Origin: the human T2T-CHM13v2.0 reference genome, Homo sapiens
Direction: 5' to 3' (one strand)
Assembly: GCF_009914755.1 (NCBI RefSeq)
Contig: NC_060928.1
DNA length: 64,000 nucleotides
Shown here piece by piece: positions 40,526-54,265 of the stretch (its first letter is position 1; the number at the start of each line of letters is the position of its first letter). A program made the position numbers and the translations under genes. The notes beneath the pieces are model-generated. The model searched no databases. It saw only the letters and a list, made by a program, of their open reading frames with translations, and had not been told where the DNA came from.

Positions 40526-41500
40526 CAGGCCTACCCCTAAATTTTGCAGGGCCCAAAATAAATTTGCATATGAAAGCCCACATATGTCATGTCTAAATAT
40601 TTAAATATTATAAGTAAAGGTCATTATCTGCTAAATAAAATATATTTTATACTCATACTTTGACAAATATACCTTCATTAAAAAAATACCCAAAAGTGTG
40701 AACTAAGGTTTATTGAAGTCTTGAGAGGGAGGGAGTCAAGGGGTGAACAACTAGCTATTGGATATTATGTTCACTACTTGAGTGATGGGATCATTAGAAG
40801 CTCAAACCTCAGCATCATGCAATGTACTCATGTAGCAAACATGCATATCTACCCCATGAATCTAACATTTTTTTTAAAAATAATATACATTCAGATTATT
40901 TTTAAAAAAAGAAGACTGCAGTTAAGTATTAGTATACATAGCTATGTATACTATTGATAAGCCAACAACGGTATGATTAGAAATAAAATAACAATATTCA
41001 CAAGTTATGTGTTTATTTCATGTTATTTTTATTTCCCACATGTACACAAAATTACTGATATTAGTCAAGATTTTTACATAATCCATGTTTTATTAGAATT
41101 GATCTGGGTATTCAGCAACAAAATATAATGAAGGCATAATTAAAGATGCAAATTACACAAAATTTATAAACAAAAAATGTAGTTACTTTCATTTCTTTTC
41201 AAAAGGTTATTTTTATTCTAAAATGTTAAATATTACCTATCAAAACTAAGTGGAAAAATACGAGTTCCAAGTATAAGTTATAATATTAAAAATTTAATTC
41301 AAGATAATTTAAACTTAACTGACTTTCATTTTTGAAAATGTAATTAAAGCATTTAAAATAGAAAATAAAACTATGCTCTATTATAGCAAAGATTGGTTCA
41401 GGTGAGAATATTTAATTAACGCTAAACCTAGTTTCAATGAAGAGTAGGATATTTGCATCATCTTAAATTGTCCTTTCACAGATTGCTTAATTTTTGCATA
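40526..41500. mobile_element. hAT-type DNA transposon remnant (Tip100/Zaphod-like), interrupted by an L1 3' end
   Basis: caggcctacccctaaattttgcagggccc terminus-like sequence plus a very AT-rich body; tentative. Confidence 0.3.
40700..40910 (+). mobile_element. L1PB-like 3' end
   Basis: ctattggatattatgttcactacttgagtgatggg...aaacctcagcatcatgcaat...ccccatgaatctaa. Confidence 0.85.
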
Positions 41501-41514
41501 AGAAAAATATAACT

Positions 41515-41845
41515 TTAAGATGGAGAAATTGGAAAAATCCCTAGACTTGGTGATCAAGATAAACATTACCAGTGAGACTCAGTTAGATGCTGTGTGCCAC
41601 TGTGATGATCTGAAAGGGACAGTCTATATGTACTATTCTATCAGGGAATGCATACATTGAATCTCTCCATGGGACAACATCACACAAACGCAATGAGGCA
41701 CGTTCTATTTACAAAATGAAGCAGGTTGTATTCTTAAAAAATGCCTATCTAGTAAGAGACAAAGGTTTATGGAAAGTTGTCAGATCTAAAATGATGAAAG
41801 ACTCATGGCAATAAAACACACATGATCCTACATTAGATACCATAC
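41515..41845 (+). mobile_element. L1MC/MD 3' UTR fragment
   Basis: atggagaaa...gtgatcaagataaacattaccagt...aacatcacacaaac. Confidence 0.55.
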
Positions 41846-43555
41846 AAGTTCTATTTTCAACTTCCTTTTTCTCTCTTTTCTCCTGTTAATTTCATTCCAT
41901 GTATGTTGATGCACTTAATTGCTTCCCATGTTACTCTGAGGCTCTGTTCATTTTTCTGCATTATTTTTTTCTCTTTGTTCTTCAGATTGCATAAACTCTA
42001 TCAATATATCTTCAAATTAGCTGATTTTTTTCTTCTGAAGTTGAAATATACTATTGAGTCTCTCTAGTGCATTTTAAATTTTCATTATTACACTCTTTAA
42101 TTCCAAAATTTATATTTTGTTCTTTTTCACAATTTTTATCACTTTACTTAAATTTTCTTATTTCATGAGACATTGTCATACTTTTTTTTCAATAGGCTTT
42201 CTATAGTTCTTTGAATATATTTATAATGGCTGTTTTGAAGTCTTTGTCTACTAAGTTTGATACCTGGGCCCTCTTGTAGACAAGTGTCTCTTATCTTTTT
42301 TCTTTTTCTTGTATACGGGTCATACTTTTCTGTTTCTTTCCATGTCTTATAGTTTTTTTTCCTTAAGAAGTGGGTATTTTTAAAACATATTGTTACAATT
42401 CTGTTGACTGATTCTCCCACTCTCAGGGCTTGTTTTATTATTTATTTGTTTAGTGACTTGGCTAGAGAATTTTTAAGTTAGTTTCCTCTTCAGTGTGAAG
42501 CCTCTGTTGTTGCTCCTAGGGGGTTCAACTCTGGGGATATGCAGGATTAGTGTGGAATGTCATTGATTTTAGCTTTAGTAGGTTTGTTTTTATTTTTCTT
42601 TTGCCTAACCTTTCTGTTATGCTCTCTCTCTCTGTGAATTTCACACCTAGTTGTTGAACTCCACTGATTGGTGGCTGATTGCCCTATTGTTTTTGAAAAT
42701 GTCCTGGGGCATAAATTGTTCCAGAGCCTGATCCAATTAAATTTAAGTCCTTTGCAGGAGTAGTTTTCCAGTTCCCTCCTTGAGGTTTGTTCTAACAGAA
42801 CAGAGCTATTCTTAGGTGTTCACCCTGATAAACTGAGTGATCTACAGTTTGGCTGTTACTCTTATATAGCTACTAGCCACTTCTTAATAGCTTACCACAA
42901 AAATATCCATTGTTTTGGGGAGCTCCCTTAAATTTGAACTTCCCTGCAATCTGTTCAATTGAATTTAGTATTTTGAGAAAGCTTTGAAGTCCTCTCTTCT
43001 TGTGGTCTCTCTGTTCCCCCAGGTCAAATCTCTAAGCCACTGCTAATGAACTGGGGGCAAGAATAGTGACTCACTACTCTTAGAGTAGCATTCCTATTCT
43101 ATGAGTGGGATGCAGGCTTTGGACAGTGACCTCTGGTCCTGTAAAATTGTCTTTCCCATTATGGAGCCTCCTATCAGTGAGGTGTGGCAAAGGTAATGAG
43201 GTATTACCTCATTACCTGTATTATTGTATTATTGGCCTGCCACATCTGTATTATTAAATAATATTCTGATTCATGAGTCAAGGCTGGGTGGAAAAAAGAA
43301 GCCCTTGCTGTCTTGGCTTCACTCATCTAGAATTTAGTGTCTGTAACAACTAGCTAGAGGGAGTGAGAAATGAGAAATGCTGGCTCAGTGCCCCTCCCAG
43401 AGAAATATCATAGCCATTGACAGGGAGCTGGGAGAAGAGGTAGCCCATTTCCTTGGCCACATGCACTCCAAGTGGAACTTCCATTAGTTTAAACTGTGTG
43501 TGTGTGTAAGGTAGAAGAAGTGGGTTGTGGCTCAAGTATCACTGGATATTCTTAC

Positions 43556-44158
43556 TGTTACCAGTAGGGATCCAAATCCAGACTCCAAGAGAGGTTTCTT
43601 GGATCTTGAGCAAGAAAGAATTTTGGATAAGTTCATAAAGTGAAAGCAAGTTTATTAAAGAAGTAAAGAAATTAAAGAATGGCTACTCCATAGGTATAGT
43701 TATTTTTTGACTATATGCTAAACAAAGGCTGGATTATTTATGAGTTTTCTGGGAAAGAGGCAGGAAATTCCAGAACTGAGGGTCCGCCCCTATTTGGACT
43801 ACATAGGATAACTTCTGGACATTGTCATTGCATTTGTAAACTGTCATGGCATTGGTGGGAGTGTCTTTTAGCATGTTAATGCATTATAATTAATATATAA
43901 TGAGTAGTGAGGACTTCCAGAGGCCACTGTCATCTCCATCTTGGTTTTGGTAGGTTTTGACCAGCTTCTTTATCACACCCTGTTTTATCAACAGGGTGTT
44001 TATGACCTGTTATCTTGTAATACAATTCTTGCCAACCTCCTATCTCGTTCGTGACTAAGAATCCCTAACCTCCTGGGAATAGAGCCCAGTAAGTCTCAGT
44101 CTCATTTTACCCAGCCCCTATTCAAGATGGAGTAGCTCTTGTTTGAACACCTCTGACA
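43556..44158 (-). mobile_element. MER41B solo LTR (ERV1)
   Basis: Reverse complement TGTCAGAGGTGTTCAAACAAGAGCTACTCCATCTTGAATAGGGGCTGGG ... CTGGTAACA; perfect 4-bp TSD TTAC (43552-43555 and 44159-44162). Confidence 0.9.
43747..43755. promoter_or_regulatory. STAT GAS motif TTCTGGGAA within MER41B
   Basis: Matches TTCN3GAA at the known MER41B GAS position. Confidence 0.65.
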
Positions 44159-44624
44159 TTACCAAAATTTAGTTGATTTTCTTAAGTAAATGTTTCTTCA
44201 TTTGTTGTATGCCCTTAGGAAAATTGCCAGAAACTTAAAATGGTGACTTTTTAAAATATAAATTTTCATGTGTTATACTTTCTCAAGTTGTGGCTGTTTC
44301 TTGGGGGCACTGGGCCACAGAACTCCTCATGCCACAATTCGAAAAGTAAAATTACATCAGATCTTTTTTATATCAAACATGTGTTTTGATAACTTAATAT
44401 TTAATTTTTCCATGTATTCATTTAACCATTCAGTAGATATTTTAGGGAAATAATTGAGAATGGTTCTAAATGAGGGACTACCCATGACAGAAAAATTATC
44501 AATATCTGAATCCACCTAAGCATATATAATGTTTTCATAAGATAGCAAGTAAATAATATTTAGGAAATCATTTCTCATTAATATAATCCCACTCAAATTA
44601 CTGTTAGCATAAGGAAAAATTCCT

Positions 44625-44865
44625 AGGAAGTACAGAATGGAGGTTAAGAACAGAGATATTGTCGTAAGAGTCTGTTTTGAATTCAGGTCTAGTACTTAAT
44701 GGCAAGTTAGTAGACCTTTCCCTACCTCTGTTACCCTATTGGTAAAAAAAGATAATTGTGAGTTAAAAGTATGGCAAAAGCCACAATTACTTTTGCACCA
44801 ACCTAATAATATATACAAAAATCTTCTAGAGTAGTTACTGGCATAAAGTAATTTTTATATGAATG
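44625..44865 (+). mobile_element. MIR containing a MADE1 fragment
   Basis: ggttaagaacag...ggcaagttagtagacctttccctacctctgtt...actggcataaagta. Confidence 0.6.
44763..44806. mobile_element. Half MADE1 (Hsmar1 mariner MITE), one TIR followed by TA
   Basis: ttaaaagtatggcaaaagccacaattacttttgcaccaacctaa-ta. Confidence 0.9.
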
Positions 44866-47686
44866 TTTTCTATTTTAAAAATAATAATGAAAATTACATT
44901 GAATACATGGATGGAATTCAATTCATGTATACAAAATTACTCCACATGCATGGCAATTAATTATATTAAGTCTATCTACTGTAGCTGTCCTTAATAAATC
45001 AATTAAAAAGATATGACTTTTTTTAAGGAGTAGTAATTTTATGTAATCTCAAGAAGCAGGTAATTGTAAAGGAAAGTTAATTTGAGAAACTGTTCTATTG
45101 TCTTTAATATATCCATATTTTTAAAAATCTATAATTAACATAATTTTAGTGAAGTCAAATAGATTGTATGGTCTATGAAAATAAGTTAAATTAACCCAGA
45201 AAGTTTCTACATTTTAGGTATTATATTTCAATTTTAAGAAATTCCGTTATATTTTTTTAAAATGCATTTAGAATCTGCAATATTTATTCTTCACATACTG
45301 TGTTTTACTGAATCTTTTCAGCCAAGAAGTAACATAATAAAAAAAAATTCAAGCCATATCTATTTCTATAAAATGAATCTGTGTAGTTCTCCATTGTTGC
45401 ACAGGAGATTGATTATGTGTCTGGACAGTAGGAATCTCATCCGACAAGATTCCTTGAGAAAAAGAACAAACTTGAGATCAAATTGCTATTGGAAAGATTT
45501 TAGAAATGTAATCTAGAAACTATGTTTTTTCACTTATATCACAGTTGTGTATTCAGAACAGGCGATATCTTTCCTTTAGATATTCTTTCTTTCCTAGGGT
45601 CACATATGATAAAAATCTAGGGGAGTAATAAAGTTAAGTAAAACAAAGAACTACAGTTGTGTTGAATGCTTCTTCTTCTAGGCCTGATTTGAAATGTTTG
45701 ACAAAGATGTAGAGGTAGCCTCTCATTGCAGTATTATTTGACCTTAGTTGAACATACTTTCTTTTCTTTGTGAGTTCTCTTTAATGAATTCACCTTTCTA
45801 ATTAGAAATGCCACTGTCTCACTGTCCCTTGCTTTATTAAACTTTTACATCTTCAAACGCCTTCCTCTGAGACTAATCATTAATTAACTAATGGATCTTT
45901 GTTTCATAAAGACTTTAAAGAGATCATAGAGGACCAGACGGATGCATGTACTTTGGAAAAATATTTGTTTAAAGTCTTTAATATGTACTAACAGCTTTTG
46001 GTTCATAATAAATGCTCTTTCATTAATAGCTAGCAGAAAGAAGAAATGAAATAGTACTAGAAAAAACCCTATAGAAAGATGATCTTGAGTTGAGAATAAA
46101 TTCTTCTGAAAACCAGGAAAGTATAAGGCAGTTTAATTTAAAAATCTGGTTTTCACCAACTCAGTGTAAATAAAAACAGGTTTAAAAGGGAGCATTGGCC
46201 AAAAGTTGGGAATTTTACTGCTGAGGATAAGCTTAGAGAAAAAGGGCTAAAATTATCTATGTAATATTTTAATGGACACATTAGAGGTTGCTTGCTTTGA
46301 TATCTTGTTCTTTGTTTTACCTGGTACTTTTTCTTTCTATTGATGTTTAAAATAAAATTAACTTCTTTTTACTAATTATAAAATAAAATTTTGATTTAAT
46401 GATTTAAATATAAACATAATTTTGAAAAAAAATCCCAGTGTTCATGATTTCTGTTCCTAAAGTTTATTATATTTTAATCATGTACAATTCTGTTATTCCT
46501 CAGAAAAAGGCTCATGGGGTAAATGTCTCCTTTCAGACTTATTCTGGAAGAAGAACTAAATTATCTATGGAGAAACCTCAAATGGTGATGGAATTCCCCC
46601 AATAAAGTAAACAACACATTTGAAAAGTATATTGAGAATTTCCATTGTGTGGACAAGCAAGACAGGTAATTTATGTCATCCAAATTTTTCTTAGGACAGA
46701 GCTTGGTATAAGAATCTTACTAGGTCATTGGTGTGAGGCTGTCACCTGCCAATGTCATGTAATCACATTGGTTTGGACTGCCACCGAAATGTTATTCTAA
46801 TTTTGTTCCAGACAAGAAGTAAAAAACAAAAAAACTTACTGTGCATTTAGATGACATTCAAAATTATGTCTTTGAGTTGTTATACCTTATTTTATTTATA
46901 AGCAATTGATTTCTCCAATATTATTTACTATAAAAATGATGTTAGTATTAGAAACCCCACATTTTTATAGTCTTTCTTTTGTCTTTTCATTTTGTAAATA
47001 GCACTAACAACGATTATTTTTAAAAACACAGCAAAATATTTTTTGACTATGTGCAACCATTGTTATATCTTCCTTGTGTAATTTTAAAGACACTATTTGT
47101 AGAAAATATATTTAGGAAGTTGCCAAATAGGTGCAAGGGAAACACTGATATGCTCTTTGAGTAGAAATGGAAGGTGAAATTCCTTCCACTTATTAAATAT
47201 TTGTTTTTATCTTAAATGTTAAAAAGTGGCTAGAGACACCATACAGACTCACTTTAACCAATGGCATTTTATTTATTCAGAGATCAGTTGTTCCCTTCCT
47301 TCTCCACCTTTATAACATCTTATTCATATCCTGTGTAATTCCATTTCACTAAAAAGTAGCTATAGGGGAATCCTCTATGTACTTCAACAGCACTGACAAA
47401 TTTCAATATATAACCAAATGTCTTATATAATCAATATCTTACTTGAAGTTTGCCTTCTTATGCTATTATGATATAACCAACTACATTTTATAGAATACAA
47501 ATCTTTTGTTGACTGCAAGTCAAAAGAAACATCACTATGCCGTGATTCTTCCCTTTTTTCTTTTTATGTTATTATTTTTAAGTGCACCTACCTTTCCTTT
47601 TCTAGATTTATATAGAAATATATTCATGAAATTATATGACATATGTACAAAAAGAAGGTATTCCCAAAGATTAAACTGTTTTCCCT

Positions 47687-48028
<342 letters not shown>

Positions 48029-49145
48029 CTACACATAGGTGGGAGAGATGTCACTTCCTTACCATTCTTAACGTTCATCTTATCATGTTACATCATTATA
48101 GCACTGGATATTTTGTTTTAAAACCTGGTAATTTGTTGCTAGTATTACTAATTCATGAAATATCCTTAGCATAATAAAATTATATCAAAAGCATAAAGCA
48201 ATTAATTTTACTACCAGCACATTTGTTACATCCTGGTAAATCCTTTTCAAATCTATCTTTGGAAAACTAAGCATCTGTCTGAACTGGGCACAAAAGATCT
48301 AGGCTTAATTTTCAGATATCCCTACACACACAAAAACTTGTGGTTTTATGACTTTCCATAACTTCACATAAATTATTCCACCATGTGAGCAAGTAATTTC
48401 TTATATCCTCATAAGGGTTTCTTAAGTTATCTACAGGTGTTTCAGGTAAATGTTTATTTAGGGCCTCCTGGAGTGAACTATTGTAAGGAAGTTGTACTTT
48501 TGTGCAGATGTATTGGTGGGTTTTAGTATTTTTCTCACCCATACAAGTCTAAGTGATAAAACACACACTCATCATCCATGAGAACCTGAGAGATCACAAG
48601 TGCTCCTCTTACTGAGAAGGTGTGCATCTGGGAGGCTGCGTTAGAATCTCTGAGGAGCAAAAAGCATGATTGCGGTATGAAAAAAGCTAACCAGGAGACT
48701 CTGATGGTAGAAGAGTCAGCGGTAACACATTTCACAGCCTCTCTGCCAGCACTCCCTCACACACACACACACGCATGGAAATTACTATTTTAGATGATGT
48801 AGTCAGACACCTTTTAAAATTATAAAAATCAGAGTCCTGGAGAGGCAAGTAACTTGTCAAAGGACTTCAATTAAATGAATTTTACATATTTTTTACCTGA
48901 ATTATTTAGCCCATTATTTTTTAGGTAGAAGTAATTTATAAATCATCTCTAAGCTGGCAACATTGCCAGTTCATCTGATGAGTTTTTGAAGTTTTCCATT
49001 TCACCCATCTCTGGACACGATTTTATTTAGAATGAATGTTAAAAAGTAACTTCATAGTAGGATGAAAACTTATTTTGTGTAAACTTAATTTCTAGAGAAT
49101 AAAAAATAATTAGGAAGTAATTAGATAATTATAACCATAATGCCT

Positions 49146-49455
49146 CTTTTTTTTTTTTGAGACAGAATCTTGCTCTGTCATCCAGGCTGGAGTGCAGTGG
49201 TGTGAACATGGCCCACTGCAGCTGTGATCTCTTGTGATCTCTTAGGCTCAAGATCTCTTAGGCTCCTGCCTCAGCCTCCCAAGCAGCTGGGACCACAGGC
49301 GTGCACCACCACGCCCAGCTAATTTTTAAGTTTTTTGTAGAGATGGAGTCTCATCATGTCTTCCAGTCTGGCCTCGAATTCCTGGGTTCAAGCAATCCTC
49401 CCACCTCAGCCTCCCAAAGTGCTGGAATTATGACATGAGCTGTCATGCCCTGCCC
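49146..49455 (-). mobile_element. AluJ
   Basis: caagcaatcctcccacctcagcc and ctgggaccacaggc; small internal duplications. Confidence 0.88.
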
Positions 49456-50039
49456 ATATACTGCTTTTTTTTTTTTTTAACATTTACAGTAAGAAGTATA
49501 TTTTTGTAAAGGACCTCTGGTTTCTTGGACTGAGGATCTTCTGACCAGATTATGGTCATTCACTCACTCTTCCTCTGGAAAGGTGGTGGCAAGAACCAGC
49601 ATTGTTAGTAATGTTACTTTTACAAAAAGAATAGATTGAAAAGTCGTGGTGTCTTTTGGGAATAGTCTTGTTTTAGAAGACCAAATTTATTCTGTTTGTC
49701 TGTGCTGTAAGTCTTACTTGACAAGTACCTCTTGTGGAGACTTTTGTTATTGGTGAGTGAGTGGACAGTTTTGACAAATATGTTAGCTCCAGTAGTGGAT
49801 TCCTTTAACTTTTACTCTGAACCATGTTTCTGTATCTGGCTGTTATAAAAAACAGAAATGTTACTTTAGCTTTCACTTGCTTTAATTATTTTGGTATGGC
49901 CTTTCTACATATATGAGGGAATATTTGTCTTTGAAGCTCCACTTATTTCAGCAGAAATAAGAAGAGTCATTTCAGAGTTATGATAAAACATAATCTAAAA
50001 TTCAGCTTTATGAAAGACATAAACCAAGGCATACAAATA

Positions 50040-50220
50040 AGAGGACGTTTGAGTAAAGTCAATCAGACACTTGCTGTATAGCCTTGGGTAGGTTATTCAT
50101 CCTCTTTCAATCTCAGTTGTGTCAAAAGTAAAACAAAAATAACAGCACCTACCCTGTGAAGAGAATGTGATTTGATAACCTTCTGTACCTGGTGCATAGT
50201 AGGAACACAATAAACATTAT
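50040..50220 (+). mobile_element. MIR
   Basis: cacttgctgtatagccttgggtaggttattc...acctggtgcatagtaggaacacaataaa. Confidence 0.7.
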
Positions 50221-50914
50221 CTCTAATAATATGTAACGGTAAATCATAAGTTCCTGGTATTGAAAATTAACTTATGTACCAGATGGAATTCTTCATTAAA
50301 ATTATTTCAAACTCTTAGTCTTATATATGTCGTAAAGAGAATTATCCAGGGCCAAATCATCTGAGCATGAAAATAGCTCCTTGGAGAACTATAGCTTTCA
50401 CTGGGAATCCACCAATATAATAGAGACTATCAAAATGATCAGGAACAAAACAGTTTTCTATTTGAAAATCTGATTCATGGAGCTCCATAAGACCTGAATA
50501 AAAAGGGAAAACTTTCATCCTAGATACGTAAACATGTAAATGTGTGCGTGTGTGTGTGTGTGCACATACACATTCATGTGTCTTTTATCCTTTGGTATCT
50601 TTTCCTAAGAAATTATAAATAATATAGTGTCAAATGTAAAAATAATTGGTCTATGCCATCATCACAGTACAGTTTATTAATAACTTATCACTAGAACTCT
50701 ATCATATATGACATCAGCTCCACCCTGGTGGAAAATCCCTTCAGCTTCTGGTATTGAAAAGAAAGTCCAGGAAGCATCCAGGGCTGCTACTGTCTAGTTT
50801 TAGGCTTTGGTCATGTCTGTGCCATTTCTGCTAGGTATAATAGTTTTATAGTATATATTCCTACATTTATTTATATAACATTTCATTCCTCTCAACAATG
50901 TTTTATAGTTGTAT

Positions 50915-53900
50915 TTATTATTATTTTTTTCAACTTTTATTTTAGACTCAGAGGGTACATGTGCAGGTTTGTTACCTTGGTATATTGCATGATGCTTGTA
51001 ATCTCATCTCCCAGGTACTGAGCATAGTAGCCAATAGTTACTTTTCCAACCCTTGTCCCACTTCCACCCTCCCCTCTCTAGTAATCTCCAGTTTTCATTG
51101 TTGCCATCTTTATGTCCATGAGAACTTGATCATTAGCTCTCAGTTGTAAGTGACAAAATGCAGTATTTGGTTTTCTGTTTCTGTGTTATTTCACTTATGA
51201 TAATGGCCTCCAGCTGCATTCATGTTGTGACAAAGGACAAGATTTATTCTTTTTATGGCTGTATAGTATTTCTTGGTGTATGTGTGCCACATTTTCTTTG
51301 TCCAGTCCACCACTGATGGGCACCTAGGTTGATTCCATGTCTTTGCTATTGTGTATAGTACTTCAATGACCATGCGAGTGCATGTGTCTTTTTAGAAGAA
51401 TTACTTATTTTCTTTTGCCTGTATACCCAGTAATGGGACTGCTAGGTCAAATGATAGCTCTGTTTTAAGTGCTTTGAGAAACCTCCAAATTACTTTCCAC
51501 AGAAGTTGAGCTAATATAGATTCTCAACAATGGTCTGTAAGTGTTCCCTTTTCTCTATAGCCTTGCCAACATCTGCTGTTTTAGTTTTGTTTCTTTTTTT
51601 TTTTCACTTTTTAAATAATAGCCATTCTGATTGGTGTGAGATGAAATCTCATTGTGGTTTTGATTTGCATTTCTCTGATGATTAGTGATGTAGAGTATGT
51701 TTTTGGCCACTTGTATGTCTTCTTTTGAGAAGTGTCGTACATGGCTTTTGCCCATTTTTAGTGGAGTTGTTTTTCTTTCTTGTTGGTTTAAATTTCTTAT
51801 AGATCCTGGATATTAGACCTTTGTTGGATGTACAGTTTTGCAAATATTTTCTCCTGTTCTTGTAGGTTGTCTGTTTTCCTTTTGGTAGTTTCTTTTGCTG
51901 AGCAGAAACTCTTTAGTTTAATTAGGTCTCACCTGTCAATTTTTGTTGAAATTGCTTTTGAAGACTTAGTCATTAATTCTTTCTCAAGGCCAATGTCCAG
52001 AATGGTGCTTCCAAGCTTTTATTCTAGGATTCTTGTATTTCTGAGGTCTTACATTTTGAATAGGAAGTACTTTCTCTATTGCTTCTTTTTGTCAACTGTG
52101 CTGGAAATCAGATGCTTGTAGCTGTGCAGCTTTATTCCTGTGTTCTCTGTTCTGTTGGTTTATGTGTCTGTTTTTCTACAGTACCATGCTGTTTTGATTA
52201 CTGTAGCCTTACTGTATAGTTTGAAGTCAGGTAATGTGATGCCTGTGGCTTTATTCTTTTGCTTAGGATTATTTAGGCTATTCAGAATCTTTTTTGGTTT
52301 CATATAAATTTTAGAATAGTTTTTTCTAGTTCTGTGAAAAATGCCCTTGGCAGTTTGGTAGGAATAGCATTGAATCTGTAGATTTATTTGGGCACTATTG
52401 CCATTTTAACAAAGAAAAGGAAAATACAATCTTGATTTGGCTCTCAGCTTGAATGTTATTAGTGTACAGAAATGCTACTGATGTCTGTAAATCGATTTTG
52501 TATTCTGAAACTTTACTGAAGTCGTTTATCAGTTCCAGGAGGCTTTTGGTGGAATCATTAGTGCCTTTTATTTCTTTCTCTTGCCTGATTGCTCTGACTA
52601 GCACTTCTAGTACTATACTGAGTAGGAGTGGTGGGAGTGAGTATCCTTGTCTTGTTCCAGTTCTCGAGGAGAATACTTCCAGTTTTTGCCCATTTAATAT
52701 AAGGTTAGTTGTGGGTTTGTCATAGACTGTTACTATTTTGAGGTATGTTTCATTGATGCTTAGTTTCTTGAAGGTTTTTATCATGAAGGGAAGTTGGATT
52801 TTACTGAAAGCTTTTCTCTGTCTATTGAGACAATCACATGGTTTTGGTTTTTAATTCTGTTTATGTGGTAAATCACTTTTATTGCTTTGCATATGTTGAG
52901 ACAACTTTGCATCCCAGGAATGAAATCTACTTGATCATGGTGAATTAACTTTTTGATGTATTGTAGGAATTGGTTTGTTAGTATTTTGTTGAAGATTTTT
53001 CCATCTATGTTCATCAGGGATATTGTCCTGTAGTTTTTTTTCTTCATTGTATTTTTGCCAGGTTTTGGGATCAGGGTGATGCTGGTTTTGTAGAATGAGT
53101 GAGTGAAGAGTTCCTTTTCCTCCATTTTTTGGAGTAGTTTCAGCAAAATTGGTACAATTTCTTCTATGTACTTCTGGTAGAATTGAGCGGTGAAGCCATC
53201 TGGTCTGAGGCTTGCTAGAGACTTACTATATGGCCAAGCATGTGATCAATTTTGGAGTGTGTTCTGTGTGCAAATGAGAGAAATGTATATGTGTGGTTGA
53301 TGGAGAGAGTATTTTGTAGATGTCTATTAGGTACAATTGGTCAAGCATCAAGTTTAAATCCAGAATTTCTTTGTTAGTTTTCTACCTTAATGATCTGTCT
53401 AATGCTGACAGTGAGGTGTTGAAGTCTCTTACTATTATTGCATGGCTGTTTAAGCTTTTTCATAGGTCTAGCAATACTTGTTTTATGAATATACATGTTC
53501 CAATGTTGGAGATATATATATATATATGATAAGTCTTCCTGTTGAATTGAACCCTTTATCGTTATGTAATCCCTTTCTTTGTCTTTTTTTATTATTGTCA
53601 GTTTAAAGTCTATTTTATCTGTCACAAGAATTGTGATCCCTGCTGTTTTTTGTTTTCTGCTTGCATGGTAACTCTTTCTCCAACCCTTACTTTGTGCTTA
53701 GTGGTGTTGTTCTATGTGAGATGAGTCTCCTGAAGACAGCAGGTGGATAGGTCTCTTTTTTTAAAACCAATTTGCTATTCTGTGTCCCTAAAGTGGGGAA
53801 TGTAGACCATTTACATTCCACATTAATATTGATATGTGAGATTTTGATCCTATCATGATGTTGTTAGCTAGTTGCTTTGTAGTTTCTATTGTGTAGTTAC

Positions 53901-54265
53901 TTTACAGGGTCTGTAGACTATGTACTTAAGTGTGGTTTTTTTTTTTTTTTGGTAGTAGGTATCATTCTTTAGTTTCCATGTTTAGTTCTCTTGTATCTCT
54001 CGTAAGGCTAGTCTAGTGGTAATGAATTATCTTCATGCTTGCTTGTCTGGAAACTATTTCTTCTTTGCTTTATGAAACTTAGTTTGGTGGGATATTAATT
54101 TCTTGGTTGAAATTTCTTTTCTTGAAGAATGCTGAAAATATGCCCACAATCACTCCAGGCTTACAAAGTTTTTGCTGAGAAATCCACTGTTAGCCTGATG
54201 GGGTTCCCTCTGTGTATGATCCGACATTTTTATCTAACTGCCTTTAAGATGTTTTCTTTAACATT
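50915..54265 (-). mobile_element. L1PA15/16- or L1PB-like LINE-1: 3' UTR plus ORF2 pieces to ORF1 end, internally deleted
   Basis: Minus-strand translations [83 protein letters not shown] and IAKTWNQPRCPS. Confidence 0.92.

Larger units (their letters stand above)
41850..44345 (-). mobile_element. Old L1M 5' end/ORF1 region (L1MD/L1M4-like), interrupted by MER41B
   Basis: T-rich reverse ORF1 pattern (ctctgaggctctgttcattttt, ttttgaagtctttgtct); sequence resumes after the LTR. Confidence 0.6.
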
